A DNA stretch of 61,717 nt from a virus (Duplodnaviria; Caudoviricetes): positions 1 through 61,717 of the IMG/VR virus record IMGVR_UViG_3300037634_001516; one strand, given 5' to 3'. Positions 46,789-57,262 of the stretch are shown here, piece after piece. The notes beneath the pieces were generated by a model. That model was not told the origin of the DNA. It did not search any database and saw nothing but the letters and a program-made list of their open reading frames with translations. Made by a program: the position numbers and the translations under genes. How positions within the stretch are numbered: position 1 is the first letter of the stretch; each line of letters begins with the position of its first letter.

Positions 46789-49700
46789 ATGGCTAAGAAA
46801 GACTTGAAGAAAGTAATATCTGCCCGTAAGAAACACCTCAAAGGTGTAAAGCAAAAGAAAGTTGTAGACGAATTGTTGGATGAGTTGACTCTCCACGCGC
46901 TACAGCTACAACAAATAGCGAATAATCAAGAAGACGTACTTAGGAAGTACTACAAAGAACTTTCTGATGAGCTTCTAAGCAAAGTAAACAAGTACGACTT
47001 CCGATCGGCTCGAAGCAACAAGCTGAAAGCGAAACAACTTAGGTCTCTAATGAAAGAAGGCTCCCAAGCCATAGAGACATCCCATAAATCTATACAAAAA
47101 GCAGTTCGAGATGGACTGATATCTGTAGGAGATTTAGAAACCCAGTTTGCGGTAGGCTCTTTGAATAAAGCCGTAACCGGAACTGGTAGAATAAAGATAG
47201 CGAGCGAGACTGTATCTCCTAAGAAGATAAGCTCTATCGCAGACAACTTAATAGTAGAAGGTGTTCCCCAATCTGAGGTTTGGAAGCGCCAGAGCAAGCG
47301 TGTACAGGAAAAGTTCAAAGATGCTGTACGAATGTCTTGGCAAAACAATGAGGACATAGAAACCCTCTCTGGACGCATAAGAGGAACTGCTGCTAATAAG
47401 TATAAAGATGGTATAATGAATATCTCGAGGAATCACGCTAACACTTTAGCTCGTACCTCAATTTCATCTGTCGCTAACAGGACTCGGGAAGAGACCTACT
47501 TAGCAAACTCAGATGTCATCAAAGGTGTTCAGTTCTTGGCACACTTAGACTCAAACACTACTGACATATGCAGAGCTTACTCTGGAGACCAGTGGGTATT
47601 TGAGGAAGGTGGCTATAGAAACATTGAAGGTGGCCACGAATTCAGACAGCCTCCTCTTCACTTCAACTGTAGATCGACTATGCTACCGTTGATGAAGACT
47701 AGCGCTGAACTGAAGGTAGCTGCACCTAAGAAATGGGAGAAGATACCAAAGGATAAACGAAAGACTGTCGGTAAAGTCCTCGGCCCTAAAGTTTGTCACA
47801 GCCCCTGTACGTATAGGGATGCTGACGAGTGGCTGAAGTCTCAAGACAGTAAAGTGCGAAAGCAAGTACTAGGTAGCGATAAAGCAGTAGCCCTATGGGA
47901 AGCTGGCAAGGTAGCAATGGGGAGATTCGTCACTCAGAAAGGTAGAGCCAGAACTCCTGAAGAAGTTGCCAACCTATATGCTAAGCAAGACCTAGTTCCT
48001 GACACAGTACTACAATTGAAATCAACAGATAAGTTTAAAGCTAACACTGGAGCTTCTAAAGTAGCAAAGAAGAGAGTTGAACAAATTGAGAAAGGTAAGT
48101 TCCTTACTCTAGAAGGACGACTACAAACAGGCAAGACTGTATCTAAATCTGACAGGGATATGTTAGGTTACATACTGAAGAATGCCGACGCTAGTGAGTT
48201 CGAGTATTCCAACGACTACGCTCCTAAAGATTTCAAGGATTTCTTAGGAAACAAAGGAAAGAGATTAGCTTTTTACAACCACACAGCCAAGAGATTCGAG
48301 AGGATTGAAGGACTACGCAAGGGAGATCTTACAACAAGGTCAACTGCCAAGCTGGCCGAGATGGAGAGCATAGTTTATGACGAGATCATAAGTAAGATTT
48401 CTAAAGACGCTAAGATAAGTTCAGCTAACCGAGAGGTTCTGTTGGAGATGTTTGAAGAGTCTAAAGATATAGTAGGAACTCGACGCAGTTTGCCTATGAT
48501 AGAATCTTTGCTCACCGTGGCCAGAAGTAAGAACTTCTCTTACATTGATGGAGAGTTCGTAGGCTATATGAACAACTCTTTGAAGAACTCTGTGAATTCT
48601 TATTTCAGCAGACTTGTGCGCGCAGAAGCTCGGAACACTAACAGTGTTGAGAAGCTGAAGCGTTATGCGTTAGTCTCTGAGACTGCAAAGAATTCTGCTA
48701 GATCTTCTATAGTTAAAGATAGGAAAGGAATGCTTGAGAAAGCTCCATCTTTGGCTGAAGCGAATAAGTATAAGAAGCGTATAGCTACTATTGGGAAGAG
48801 AAAGCTGAGATCCTTCAAAGGAGACACAGCTACTGCACTCAATGTAGACTTAGGGTTCAACGCCCAAGACACTCTATCTCTCTACTTCGGCCTACTACAG
48901 GACGGAGTGAGAATGAGACCTTGGAGTATCACGAAGCTCGGCAAGAGAACTCAGTCGAAAGAAGTACAATTTATAATCTCTAGGACTAATCCAGGAGATA
49001 AGGTAGTACTCACCGACGCGATACTAAACAACTCTATGTTTGCTAAGTACAAAGACCGCATATGGTCAGGCAGAGGATTACCTCCAGAACTCAGAGACGA
49101 GCTAGGACAACACCTCCAAGATGCCCAAATGTACCAAGATGCCCGACAGTATATGAAAGGAAGGATCAATGTACCTGATACTGAGATACCTGATCTCTAT
49201 ATACGCAAGCAGCTAGACAACTTTCTACAAGACCCTGCTGGGCCAGTGAACCTGTCCTTTGTTGCTTCTAAGATCGACAAACTGTACGATATGAATGCAG
49301 TGAAGAGAGCTGCAGAAAGAGCAAGGATAGCTAGCAGAGCCGAGAAGGAACTTGGTGGTGGGAGCGCATTCAGCAGGTTGCTTAGAAGAGAGAAAGAAAT
49401 AACAAGAAAAATCGATGTCAGAGAAACTAGGCGTAAGGTTGCAGACGATTGGGAACGCCAGTCTGATGGCCCTATCCTGCGAGCCACTAACGATAACATA
49501 GTGCAGAGCATTGACAACGATTACCGCAAGCCATCGTCTCCTTTTTACAAAGAAGCGAACTTGCTAAGAAAAGATGACCCTTTAGAGTTAGCACGACTTA
49601 CCAACGAAGTTGCGTTGGCGTCTACTCAGAAAGGGGCAATGTACATCCAAGCTGTGAAGAGCTTAGGAGAGCGATACTACTATAAGTTCCACAAAGTACT

Positions 49701-51828
49701 AGACGCAGATGAAGATGATGCGATTCGGATAGGTCACTACCTGATGAACTCGCTAGTCAAAACTGGAAACGTCAAGAGACTCAAGTCTGTACAGAGAGTG
49801 AAGTCTGACTTCCAATTTAAAGAAGTTACCTCTTGGACTCTGAAAGCTGACAACCCTAAATGGGAGAGACTGTTACTTGCAAACAAGAAGAACTACGACG
49901 TAGATGGCTTACCTAGATTCGAAGCTCCGAAGTACGGCAGAGGCACACTGCTCAATGGTATCTATGAAGATACTGGAGAAGCTGCTATCCGTGGTTCCAA
50001 GAAGGAATGGGTAGAACTTCAATACCGTGACGGAAGATCTAAGGCATCACTTGATAACTTAGATACAGAAGCAGGAACAGCAATCCGAGTTAACGGTTAC
50101 ATATATAATGTGTTGACCAAACTCCGGAGCAATGGAGATGACTTTATACCATCAGCTCCCAAACTGAAGACAGACGTAATTAGTCGAAGCAAATATGATA
50201 GCTTCAATAGAGCTATGGTAACTGCCAGAGGTTTGAGAGATCAGAAGTTCTACAATGGTATGAGTAATGATAAGTACGGTCGTACCTATTCGAACGCAAC
50301 AGCACTGCAATGGCAAGGAGACGACTTCAACCGAGGTCTGATGCTCTTTGATAACGCAGTTGAGTTGGGTAAGGATGGACTAGACCATTACAAGCAAGCG
50401 TTCATGAACCTTGCAGGGTTTGATAAGATACCTCTCAGGGAGAGGAACAAACTCTGGGATTTAATGGACGAAGAATTAATACTCAAGACCGCAGCTGACC
50501 CATTCGGGAATGACTGGTGGAGAACTAAGACCAATTGGATTGAGACAGGTGTGTTCAAGAATCTTAGAGGAATCAATGTTAAATACAATATTCCAAAAGG
50601 TGAAGGCGGCATCATGGACGTATTAGAAGAAGTTAAGAAACTAGCTGTAGCTGCTGACCCATCAGGAGAAGGAGCAGTTCAGTTCTTAGCTATGATCCAA
50701 GAAAGGGCTGAGATGATTAAGTGGGTGAGATCTGGAAAGAACATTAAGAAATTCCAGAGCAGGATCCCTATACAAATAGATGGTACAACAAACGTATTAC
50801 AGCACATTGCTGCTATCTCTCGAGACAAGTCTACTGCAGCAGCAGTAAATATGACTGTCCGTAATGGTGTGGCTGATGCTTATATCAAAACGAGAGACGC
50901 TGTGGAGGCACTAGCTCAGACCAAGTACAAGGATGATCCAATTGTCCAGAAGTACGTGTTCGGAGGAATGTCCCATAGCAAGAGACGTAAGTCTGTGAAG
51001 AAAGGCTTGATGACTAGTCAGTATAACGCTGGCCCATCAACACTAGGAGAATCCTATTTTGAAGCACTCAAAGGTACAGCTGTGAACGGAGAATTAATAT
51101 TCGACAACGCAACTGCTGGAGAGAAGTTAAGAATAGGAAGGCTCATACTTGAAGCATCTGAGAACGAGTTCCCTGAAGGGTTCAGGACAAGAACAGTACT
51201 CAACCAGTTGGCAGAAGCTCACACTTTGTCAGGCAAAGTAGACATAGATCTAAAGACATTTAACATAGGAAACCCATTCCGTCAGTCGTACTTAAAGACT
51301 CAAACTAGACAGGTTGAGCTTGACGACGGTCTTGGTGGTAAGATAAATGTAGAAGTTCGAGTCGAGACAGATCTACCTGACTGGTCTAAACAAGAACGAG
51401 CATTCGCACCTAACATCATCCACGCATTTGATGCAGAGCATAAGTCTCTCGTAGTAAATGCAATGGCTAAATACGGTGTGAAAGACTTCAGCATGATTCA
51501 CGATAGTTTCGGGGCACACGCTGGCAATATGTCTCTAATGAAGAAAGCTACTAAACAAGCTTTCGTAGATATGTACAAGAAGGAAAATATTCTTGAGAAA
51601 CTCTACAATCACTTTAAGTCGCAAGGCGTAGTGATGAAGAAGTTTGCAAGAGACGAATTTGGTCGGAAGATCAAAGTGACTAAGAAGACGGTTCTTTCCA
51701 AAGGACAATCCACACAAGAAATTGATGGACGAATTTGGGTAGTAGAGAACATTGACAAGAAAGATATACGAGAGCTTGGAGATTACGATTTCCGTGACTT
51801 CGAAAAACTCGACTATTTCTTTCATTAA
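46789..51828 (+). CDS. MuF (head morphogenesis) domain fused to a T7-type RNA polymerase (RNAP2)
   Basis: MuF: LART, FLAHLDSNTTDIC, PPLHFNCRS. RNAP: DKYGRTY, PIQIDGTTNVLQH, RKSVKKGLMTSQY, APNIIHAFD, MIHDSFG, C-terminal YFFH. Confidence 0.9.
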   Translation: MAKKDLKKVISARKKHLKGVKQKKVVDELLDELTLHALQLQQIANNQEDVLRKYYKELSDELLSKVNKYDFRSARSNKLKAKQLRSLMKEGSQAIETSHKSIQKAVRDGLISVGDLETQFAVGSLNKAVTGTGRIKIASETVSPKKISSIADNLIVEGVPQSEVWKRQSKRVQEKFKDAVRMSWQNNEDIETLSGRIRGTAANKYKDGIMNISRNHANTLARTSISSVANRTREETYLANSDVIKGVQFLAHLDSNTTDICRAYSGDQWVFEEGGYRNIEGGHEFRQPPLHFNCRSTMLPLMKTSAELKVAAPKKWEKIPKDKRKTVGKVLGPKVCHSPCTYRDADEWLKSQDSKVRKQVLGSDKAVALWEAGKVAMGRFVTQKGRARTPEEVANLYAKQDLVPDTVLQLKSTDKFKANTGASKVAKKRVEQIEKGKFLTLEGRLQTGKTVSKSDRDMLGYILKNADASEFEYSNDYAPKDFKDFLGNKGKRLAFYNHTAKRFERIEGLRKGDLTTRSTAKLAEMESIVYDEIISKISKDAKISSANREVLLEMFEESKDIVGTRRSLPMIESLLTVARSKNFSYIDGEFVGYMNNSLKNSVNSYFSRLVRAEARNTNSVEKLKRYALVSETAKNSARSSIVKDRKGMLEKAPSLAEANKYKKRIATIGKRKLRSFKGDTATALNVDLGFNAQDTLSLYFGLLQDGVRMRPWSITKLGKRTQSKEVQFIISRTNPGDKVVLTDAILNNSMFAKYKDRIWSGRGLPPELRDELGQHLQDAQMYQDARQYMKGRINVPDTEIPDLYIRKQLDNFLQDPAGPVNLSFVASKIDKLYDMNAVKRAAERARIASRAEKELGGGSAFSRLLRREKEITRKIDVRETRRKVADDWERQSDGPILRATNDNIVQSIDNDYRKPSSPFYKEANLLRKDDPLELARLTNEVALASTQKGAMYIQAVKSLGERYYYKFHKVLDADEDDAIRIGHYLMNSLVKTGNVKRLKSVQRVKSDFQFKEVTSWTLKADNPKWERLLLANKKNYDVDGLPRFEAPKYGRGTLLNGIYEDTGEAAIRGSKKEWVELQYRDGRSKASLDNLDTEAGTAIRVNGYIYNVLTKLRSNGDDFIPSAPKLKTDVISRSKYDSFNRAMVTARGLRDQKFYNGMSNDKYGRTYSNATALQWQGDDFNRGLMLFDNAVELGKDGLDHYKQAFMNLAGFDKIPLRERNKLWDLMDEELILKTAADPFGNDWWRTKTNWIETGVFKNLRGINVKYNIPKGEGGIMDVLEEVKKLAVAADPSGEGAVQFLAMIQERAEMIKWVRSGKNIKKFQSRIPIQIDGTTNVLQHIAAISRDKSTAAAVNMTVRNGVADAYIKTRDAVEALAQTKYKDDPIVQKYVFGGMSHSKRRKSVKKGLMTSQYNAGPSTLGESYFEALKGTAVNGELIFDNATAGEKLRIGRLILEASENEFPEGFRTRTVLNQLAEAHTLSGKVDIDLKTFNIGNPFRQSYLKTQTRQVELDDGLGGKINVEVRVETDLPDWSKQERAFAPNIIHAFDAEHKSLVVNAMAKYGVKDFSMIHDSFGAHAGNMSLMKKATKQAFVDMYKKENILEKLYNHFKSQGVVMKKFARDEFGRKIKVTKKTVLSKGQSTQEIDGRIWVVENIDKKDIRELGDYDFRDFEKLDYFFH

Positions 51829-51868
51829 AAAATACCCTTATTTCGGGGAAATATAGGAGACCACTAAC

Positions 51869-52660
51869 ATGGCAATTAAATATACATATAATGATGTTTC
51901 AGAAATTCCAGAAGGACTAGAGTCCTTGTACACAGAAAACGATTCTGGTGTTTACACTATCGCTGTTGAAGGTATGACAGAGAAAGGTAAGCTAGACGAG
52001 TTCCGTGAGAACAACATCGATTTGCGTAAGCAAGTTGAAGAATACAACAACAGCATGCAAGAGCTACAGAATAAGTTCTCTGGTGTTGATCTGGATAAGT
52101 GGAAAGAGTTCCAAGAGAGAGAATCGGAATTGGCTGAACAGCAGCGCAGAATTGATGAGCAAGAGCTTATCGAGAAAGGCGATGTTGAGACATTGATTCA
52201 ACGTCGAGTTGAGGAAGTGTTGCAAGCTAAAGACAAAGAGTTAGGCACTATTAGAGGAGATCACGATAGCAAAGTGAATGATCTTCAGGGCCAACTCTCT
52301 AACTATGAGAGCCAATTTAGCTCTCTAGTGATTGACAGAGAGTTAGCATCTCTAGCAGCAGACCGTGGAGTAGCAGCATCAGCTGTGGAAGACGTTCTGA
52401 CTAGAGGTCGCGCAACTTTCAAGGTTGAAGATGGTCGCCCTGTCGCTTTTGACAGAGACGGTTTGAAAATGTACAGTGAAGATGCGATCACTCCGCTTTC
52501 CGTTGGAGAATGGTTAGACGGACTAAGTGAATCTGCACCACACCTTTTCAATCGCTCAACAGGGGCTGGCGCAGGTCAACCGTCAGAAACTCCTGCCCCT
52601 AATCGCCAAGATGGCAATGCCATCGACAGCATACTAGCAGGGCTTAGGACTTTGCGTTAA
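51869..52660 (+). CDS. Capsid scaffolding protein
   Basis: IPEGLESLY; EFRENNI; coiled coil; APHLF..S.GAG; precedes MCP. Confidence 0.85.
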   Translation: MAIKYTYNDVSEIPEGLESLYTENDSGVYTIAVEGMTEKGKLDEFRENNIDLRKQVEEYNNSMQELQNKFSGVDLDKWKEFQERESELAEQQRRIDEQELIEKGDVETLIQRRVEEVLQAKDKELGTIRGDHDSKVNDLQGQLSNYESQFSSLVIDRELASLAADRGVAASAVEDVLTRGRATFKVEDGRPVAFDRDGLKMYSEDAITPLSVGEWLDGLSESAPHLFNRSTGAGAGQPSETPAPNRQDGNAIDSILAGLRTLR

Positions 52661-52766
52661 TAGTGTCTGGGAGATACTAATTCTATGTCCAATTGAGGAC
52701 AACTTTCATTTTATAATAAGAAACTGCCCCAAAAGGGGTTACAAACAAATCTAAAAGGAGGCTATA

Positions 52767-54122
52767 ATGGCCATTTCAGGATTAACTCTAGGCACACAAC
52801 GTGACCTAACAAACGACATGCTGGTTAAAGGTATTATCGATTCTATCGTTACTGTGAACCAGTTCTATCAGCACCTTCCATTTAAAGGTATCCAAGGTAA
52901 CGCTTTGGCATACAACCGTGAAGCTGTTGACAAAGACCAACAAGACCTAGTAAGCGTATTGCGTACTGGCGTTTCTGGTATCAACAAAGATCAACAGACT
53001 TTCACTCGCCACTCTACTGAGCTGACCACCATCATTGGTGATGCACAGGTTAATGGTTTGATTCAAGCTGTTGGTTCTGACTACAACGATGCTACTGCTG
53101 TACAAGTTGCTGCTAAAGCTAAAGGCGTTGGCCGTAAGTTTATGGATCTGATGATCAACGGTCAGGAAGGTTCTGCTACACGTGGAGTTGTTAACTCTAT
53201 GGCTCTGTCTGGAACTCCAGCTTTGACTGTTTCTTCTGCTACTACTGCAGCTGATTTCTACAACACTGTAATCCAAGGCGCTGTTCTTTCTAGTGCTTCT
53301 AGTGTTGTTGCTTCTTACGACATCAACGGTTCTGGTACTAAGGGCAAGCTGTTCACAGTTGCTAACTTAGTTGCTGATATGTCTGCAGCTGCCGCTACCA
53401 ACACTGGTATGGTAAACGTTATCATGAATGCCCAAGTATTCTCTGGCCCATTCGCTTCTGGTACTCCTACTGCTGACGCTATCACTTTGACTGCTGCTGG
53501 TGTTGCTTTGTTCAACGCTGCCTTGCGTCTAGTTAACGGCCCATTAGGTTTCGACGGTCTTGATCGTTTCGTGACTAACGCTGGTCGTACTGACACTTCT
53601 GCTGCTATCGATATGACTGCTGCTGGTGCTGGCGACGCTGTTCTAGCTCGTCTGGACGAATACATCGACTTGATCCACGACAAAGATGGCATGGTTGACT
53701 ACATGATGATGAACTCTGCTGGCGTACGTAAGTACAGCCAAGCTCTACGTTTGTCTAACGCTGCTGGTTTCGATGACGTTATGGAAGTTAAAGATTCTTC
53801 TGGTGGTGTTATGAAGGTTCAATCTTACCGTGGTGTTCCAATTTACCGCAACGACTTCGTACAGTCTACTTTGGCTGAGCAAGCTTCTGTGGCTGGTGGT
53901 AACGCTGGCGCTGGTTCTTCTGCTGCCCACGTATTCGTTGGTACTGTAGATGACGGTTCTTTCTCTCACGGTATCTGTGGTCTTACTGCCCAGAACTCTT
54001 CTGGTATCCAAGTTGCTAAGCTTGGTGCTCGTGAAGATGCTGACGCTGATATTACTCGCGTTAAGTGGTACTGTGGTTTGGCTAACTTCTCTGAGTTAGG
54101 TATTTATCGCGGCCAGATCTAA
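52767..54122 (+). CDS. Major capsid protein with internal insertion
   Basis: LPFKGIQGNALAYNRE; IIGDAQV; FDGL; YRGVPIYRND; TRVKWYCGLA; highly biased codon usage. Confidence 0.9.
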   Translation: MAISGLTLGTQRDLTNDMLVKGIIDSIVTVNQFYQHLPFKGIQGNALAYNREAVDKDQQDLVSVLRTGVSGINKDQQTFTRHSTELTTIIGDAQVNGLIQAVGSDYNDATAVQVAAKAKGVGRKFMDLMINGQEGSATRGVVNSMALSGTPALTVSSATTAADFYNTVIQGAVLSSASSVVASYDINGSGTKGKLFTVANLVADMSAAAATNTGMVNVIMNAQVFSGPFASGTPTADAITLTAAGVALFNAALRLVNGPLGFDGLDRFVTNAGRTDTSAAIDMTAAGAGDAVLARLDEYIDLIHDKDGMVDYMMMNSAGVRKYSQALRLSNAAGFDDVMEVKDSSGGVMKVQSYRGVPIYRNDFVQSTLAEQASVAGGNAGAGSSAAHVFVGTVDDGSFSHGICGLTAQNSSGIQVAKLGAREDADADITRVKWYCGLANFSELGIYRGQI

Positions 54123-54144
54123 TCATACTTAGGAGGGTGTTAAA

Positions 54145-54789
54145 ATGACACAATCATTAACAATACCTGCCATCATTACTTATGCAGACGAACTAGTAAG
54201 TGGAGAGTTCAACAGCTATAATAGCTTTTGCTCTCTAGATGAGGCAGATCTTTATCATTCTCGTCGTCTAGGTAACTCTGCATTTTTGACTGCAGATCTT
54301 GACACCCGTACGTCTGCCCTTTACTGGGCAACGGATATCCTTAATCGACAAGTGTGGATTGGGACTCCTGAGAGTTCTACTCAGAAGTTGTCTTGGCCAA
54401 GAAAGTATGTTCCGACTAGGAACACTATTAACTTGGTATCTACTGGGACGTCACGTCGACGTAATAGAGAGAGGGATGAAAATCTCACTCTCTTCACTCA
54501 GTATTTAGACAGCACTCTGATCCCTGAATTCCTCAAGGATGCCACGTCAGAACTAGCTCTTTACCTCATTGAGCGTGAAGCCTCTGGTCTGACAACAGCT
54601 AGTCAATACGATGACCAACTGTCCAGCCTATCACTGGGGGGTTTGTCTATTCAATTGAACGAGAATCCAGAATACGCATCTGATATGCCTCATCAGGTTT
54701 ATCATATCGTGAGTGATTTCTTGAAGTCTGTGAAAGAATCAGACTCATCTGTTAAACAGGTACAGTCCGTCAGCTTAACAAGGAGGTAG
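54145..54789 (+). CDS. Head-tail adaptor (DnaT-like domain)
   Basis: YNSFCSLDEAD.Y; AL..AT; Q.LSWPR; IPEFLKDATSELA. Confidence 0.8.
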   Translation: MTQSLTIPAIITYADELVSGEFNSYNSFCSLDEADLYHSRRLGNSAFLTADLDTRTSALYWATDILNRQVWIGTPESSTQKLSWPRKYVPTRNTINLVSTGTSRRRNRERDENLTLFTQYLDSTLIPEFLKDATSELALYLIEREASGLTTASQYDDQLSSLSLGGLSIQLNENPEYASDMPHQVYHIVSDFLKSVKESDSSVKQVQSVSLTRR

Positions 54790-54790
54790 T

Positions 54791-55162
54791 ATGGCTATTA
54801 ATATACCAGCTACTCTTGTCAAAGTCGACAGGACACTAACCGCACAAGGGCTATATACTCCAGCCACCTACTCTGAAACCATTATCAAAAATAGTAATGT
54901 CTACGATCCTATCACAGGAACGTACGATGCGTCTGCACCTACTTTACATAGCTTCAACGTTGTTTTCCTCAATTCAGATCACAACTCTCAGGAAGACAAC
55001 AGGTACAGCGTAACTGCCGAGATAATGATATTGCCTCAGAATATTTCTTTTGAACCCAACATGGATCAGATCTATGTTATCAAAGGACATAACTGGCATG
55101 TGTCAGGTATAAAATTATCACCTCTAGATAGCTTATGGGAGATAACGGTAGGGAGGAAGTAA
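54791..55162 (+). CDS. Head closure/stopper protein
   Basis: YDPITG motif; synteny. Confidence 0.65.
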   Translation: MAINIPATLVKVDRTLTAQGLYTPATYSETIIKNSNVYDPITGTYDASAPTLHSFNVVFLNSDHNSQEDNRYSVTAEIMILPQNISFEPNMDQIYVIKGHNWHVSGIKLSPLDSLWEITVGRK

Positions 55163-55524
55163 TGGCTAAAAAGATTGACATAAAAAATCTAGGCAAAGTA
55201 CTAACAGAAGAGTTGAACAATGTGTCCGAGCTAGAATACAAAGCGATTGCCTTTGACTTGTTTGGAGAGATTGTGAAGCTTACTCCTGTAGACACTGGCA
55301 GAGCTAGGAGCAATTGGCACATCACTGCTGATAATCCGGAATACTCTACTAGTTCTAGTACTCAACCTGCTCAACCCGACTACAATTTAGACGTAAGGGG
55401 ATTTCCTACCGTGTACATCAGTAATGGTCTGCACTACATAGGACTTCTCGAAGAGGGTAAATCTAAACAAGCGCCAGATGGTATCTCAAAGGTAGCACTG
55501 GCCACTGTAAGATCAAGGAGATAA
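55162..55524 (+). CDS. HK97 gp10-like neck/tail completion protein
   Basis: TPVDTGRARSNW; ISNGLHYI..LEEGKSKQAP.G. Confidence 0.85.
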   Translation: MAKKIDIKNLGKVLTEELNNVSELEYKAIAFDLFGEIVKLTPVDTGRARSNWHITADNPEYSTSSSTQPAQPDYNLDVRGFPTVYISNGLHYIGLLEEGKSKQAPDGISKVALATVRSRR

Positions 55525-55528
55525 TAAT

Positions 55529-55975
55529 ATGAGTTTTGAAGCTGTACGACAGATTGCTGAGACACGGTTCTTTAACTCTTACTCTTCTCAGAATGCGAAA
55601 GCTCACGGAGCAGTAGCATTTGTTGAAGGGCGTGATATCATCCAGCCCACTAAGTCTTTATCAAACAATGGCACCCCTTGGGTTGTCCTTGGAGTAGTGG
55701 ATGGAGGTTCTCGAGAGAGAGCTTTCAACCGAGGGATGAGGAAGACATCTGGATTCATAAGATTCTCACTATACGTAGAGCGTGGTGCTGGCACCAAGGT
55801 TATACGAGAGATCGCAGATTATATAGATAGTATAATGGGCTTTCAAAATGGTGATGACTCAACAGGAAATCTGGGCAATCTTTACACACAAGTAGGACAG
55901 TTAAGACAACAGTCCGACGATGAAAATGGATATTTAAAGTATGTCATAGATTTTGACTACGACTACTACGAATAA
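55529..55975 (+). CDS. Tail terminator protein
   Basis: PWV; G.GT....IAD; synteny. Confidence 0.7.
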   Translation: MSFEAVRQIAETRFFNSYSSQNAKAHGAVAFVEGRDIIQPTKSLSNNGTPWVVLGVVDGGSRERAFNRGMRKTSGFIRFSLYVERGAGTKVIREIADYIDSIMGFQNGDDSTGNLGNLYTQVGQLRQQSDDENGYLKYVIDFDYDYYE

Positions 55976-56006
55976 TAAAAAATTTTAAATTATAAGGAGG
56001 CCAAAA

Positions 56007-56828
56007 ATGGCTAATCTATCTAACAAATTCGTAACAAGCTTCACGGAACTATACTTCCGTCCAAGCGTGTTAACTACTGGCGAAAAGAGCGACCCTAAGA
56101 CTTGGTTCTCTGTAGCTGGTACTGGTGCTACTGCTAAGGTATTCACCGTTTCTACTGCCGTAACTACAGCTGTTGCTGGTACTTTGGTTTTGCGTTACAC
56201 TAACGCTGCCACTGGTGCTGTTGACAGTTTCGCTGTTACTGTAGCTGGTGGAGCTACTCAAGCTACTATTGCTGGAAACATTAAGACTGCTTTAGACGCT
56301 AACGCTGATATCACTGGTGGTTCTGTTACTACTGGTTCTTTCGACGCTACTTTGTTAGCTTCTGCTGGAGATGCTTCTCTAGTTGTTGAAGACACAGTTG
56401 GTGGTGTTACTGTTACTATCACTGAAGACACTGCTTACGCTGCAGGTACTGGTGGTACTCTGTTGATCCCTAACGTAATGGAAGTTGGCAGTCTGTCCAA
56501 CGAAGCTACTGTTATCGATACCCCAACTTTCGGTGAGACCTTTAAAGGTAAGCTACGTGGTCAGCTAGACGCTGGTCAGTTGGACGCACAGTTGTACTGG
56601 GCTCCACGTAACACAGTTCATCTAGCAATGCGCGAAGCTGCTACCAACGGAACTTCTTGTTCTTTCGGTATCAAGTGGAAGAGCGATGCTACTGGTACTG
56701 ATTCTGAATATGTTGTATTCGATGGGTTCTTGAGCTCATTCGGTATCGATACTTCTTTCGACGATGTTGCAAAAGCTTCTTCTACTATGATTGTAGATGG
56801 TGCGTTGTCCTTCGCTGGAGGCGTATAA
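56007..56828 (+). CDS. Major tail tube protein with Thr/Ala/Val-rich insertion
   Basis: KLRGQLDAG; FDGFLSSF; synteny; biased codon usage. Confidence 0.85.
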   Translation: MANLSNKFVTSFTELYFRPSVLTTGEKSDPKTWFSVAGTGATAKVFTVSTAVTTAVAGTLVLRYTNAATGAVDSFAVTVAGGATQATIAGNIKTALDANADITGGSVTTGSFDATLLASAGDASLVVEDTVGGVTVTITEDTAYAAGTGGTLLIPNVMEVGSLSNEATVIDTPTFGETFKGKLRGQLDAGQLDAQLYWAPRNTVHLAMREAATNGTSCSFGIKWKSDATGTDSEYVVFDGFLSSFGIDTSFDDVAKASSTMIVDGALSFAGGV

Positions 56829-56861
56829 TATATAACCTCTAAGGTTACATGTTAGATCTGT

Positions 56862-56896
56862 GCCCTCTCTCTACTACGGAGAGGGGGCCATAATTT
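56862..56896 (+). terminator. Terminator-like hairpin after the tail tube gene
   Basis: GCCCTCTCTC...GAGAGGGGGC followed by AT-rich sequence; weak U-tract. Confidence 0.55.
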
Positions 56897-56940
56897 AAAA
56901 TAAAATAATTTACATATATATAAATAAAGGTAAAACTAAA

Positions 56941-57261
56941 ATGAACAAGTCTGAACTATTTAAATCTTACTCCCTAAAAACCAAAACTGTTGAAGTTGAG
57001 AACTGGGGTGGTACAGTGCATATTCGTGAACTCTCCGCTGGTGCGATTGACCGCATGCGCAGCGTGGGAGAAGGCAAGGAGCTGCAGATGGCAGCGACTG
57101 TCATTATTGAAGGTGTCATCAATGAAGAAGGTAAGAAGTTCTTCGTACAGAATGACATGAACAACATCCTCGAGATGTCAGTAACTGATCTGAACAAGGT
57201 TTCAGAAGCAATCTTAGACTTAACAGGTCTGACTGGCTCTGCTGAAGAAGAAGAAGAATAA
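56941..57261 (+). CDS. Tail assembly chaperone
   Basis: VEVENWGGTVHIRELSA; between tail tube and TMP. Confidence 0.8.
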   Translation: MNKSELFKSYSLKTKTVEVENWGGTVHIRELSAGAIDRMRSVGEGKELQMAATVIIEGVINEEGKKFFVQNDMNNILEMSVTDLNKVSEAILDLTGLTGSAEEEEE

Positions 57262-57262
57262 G

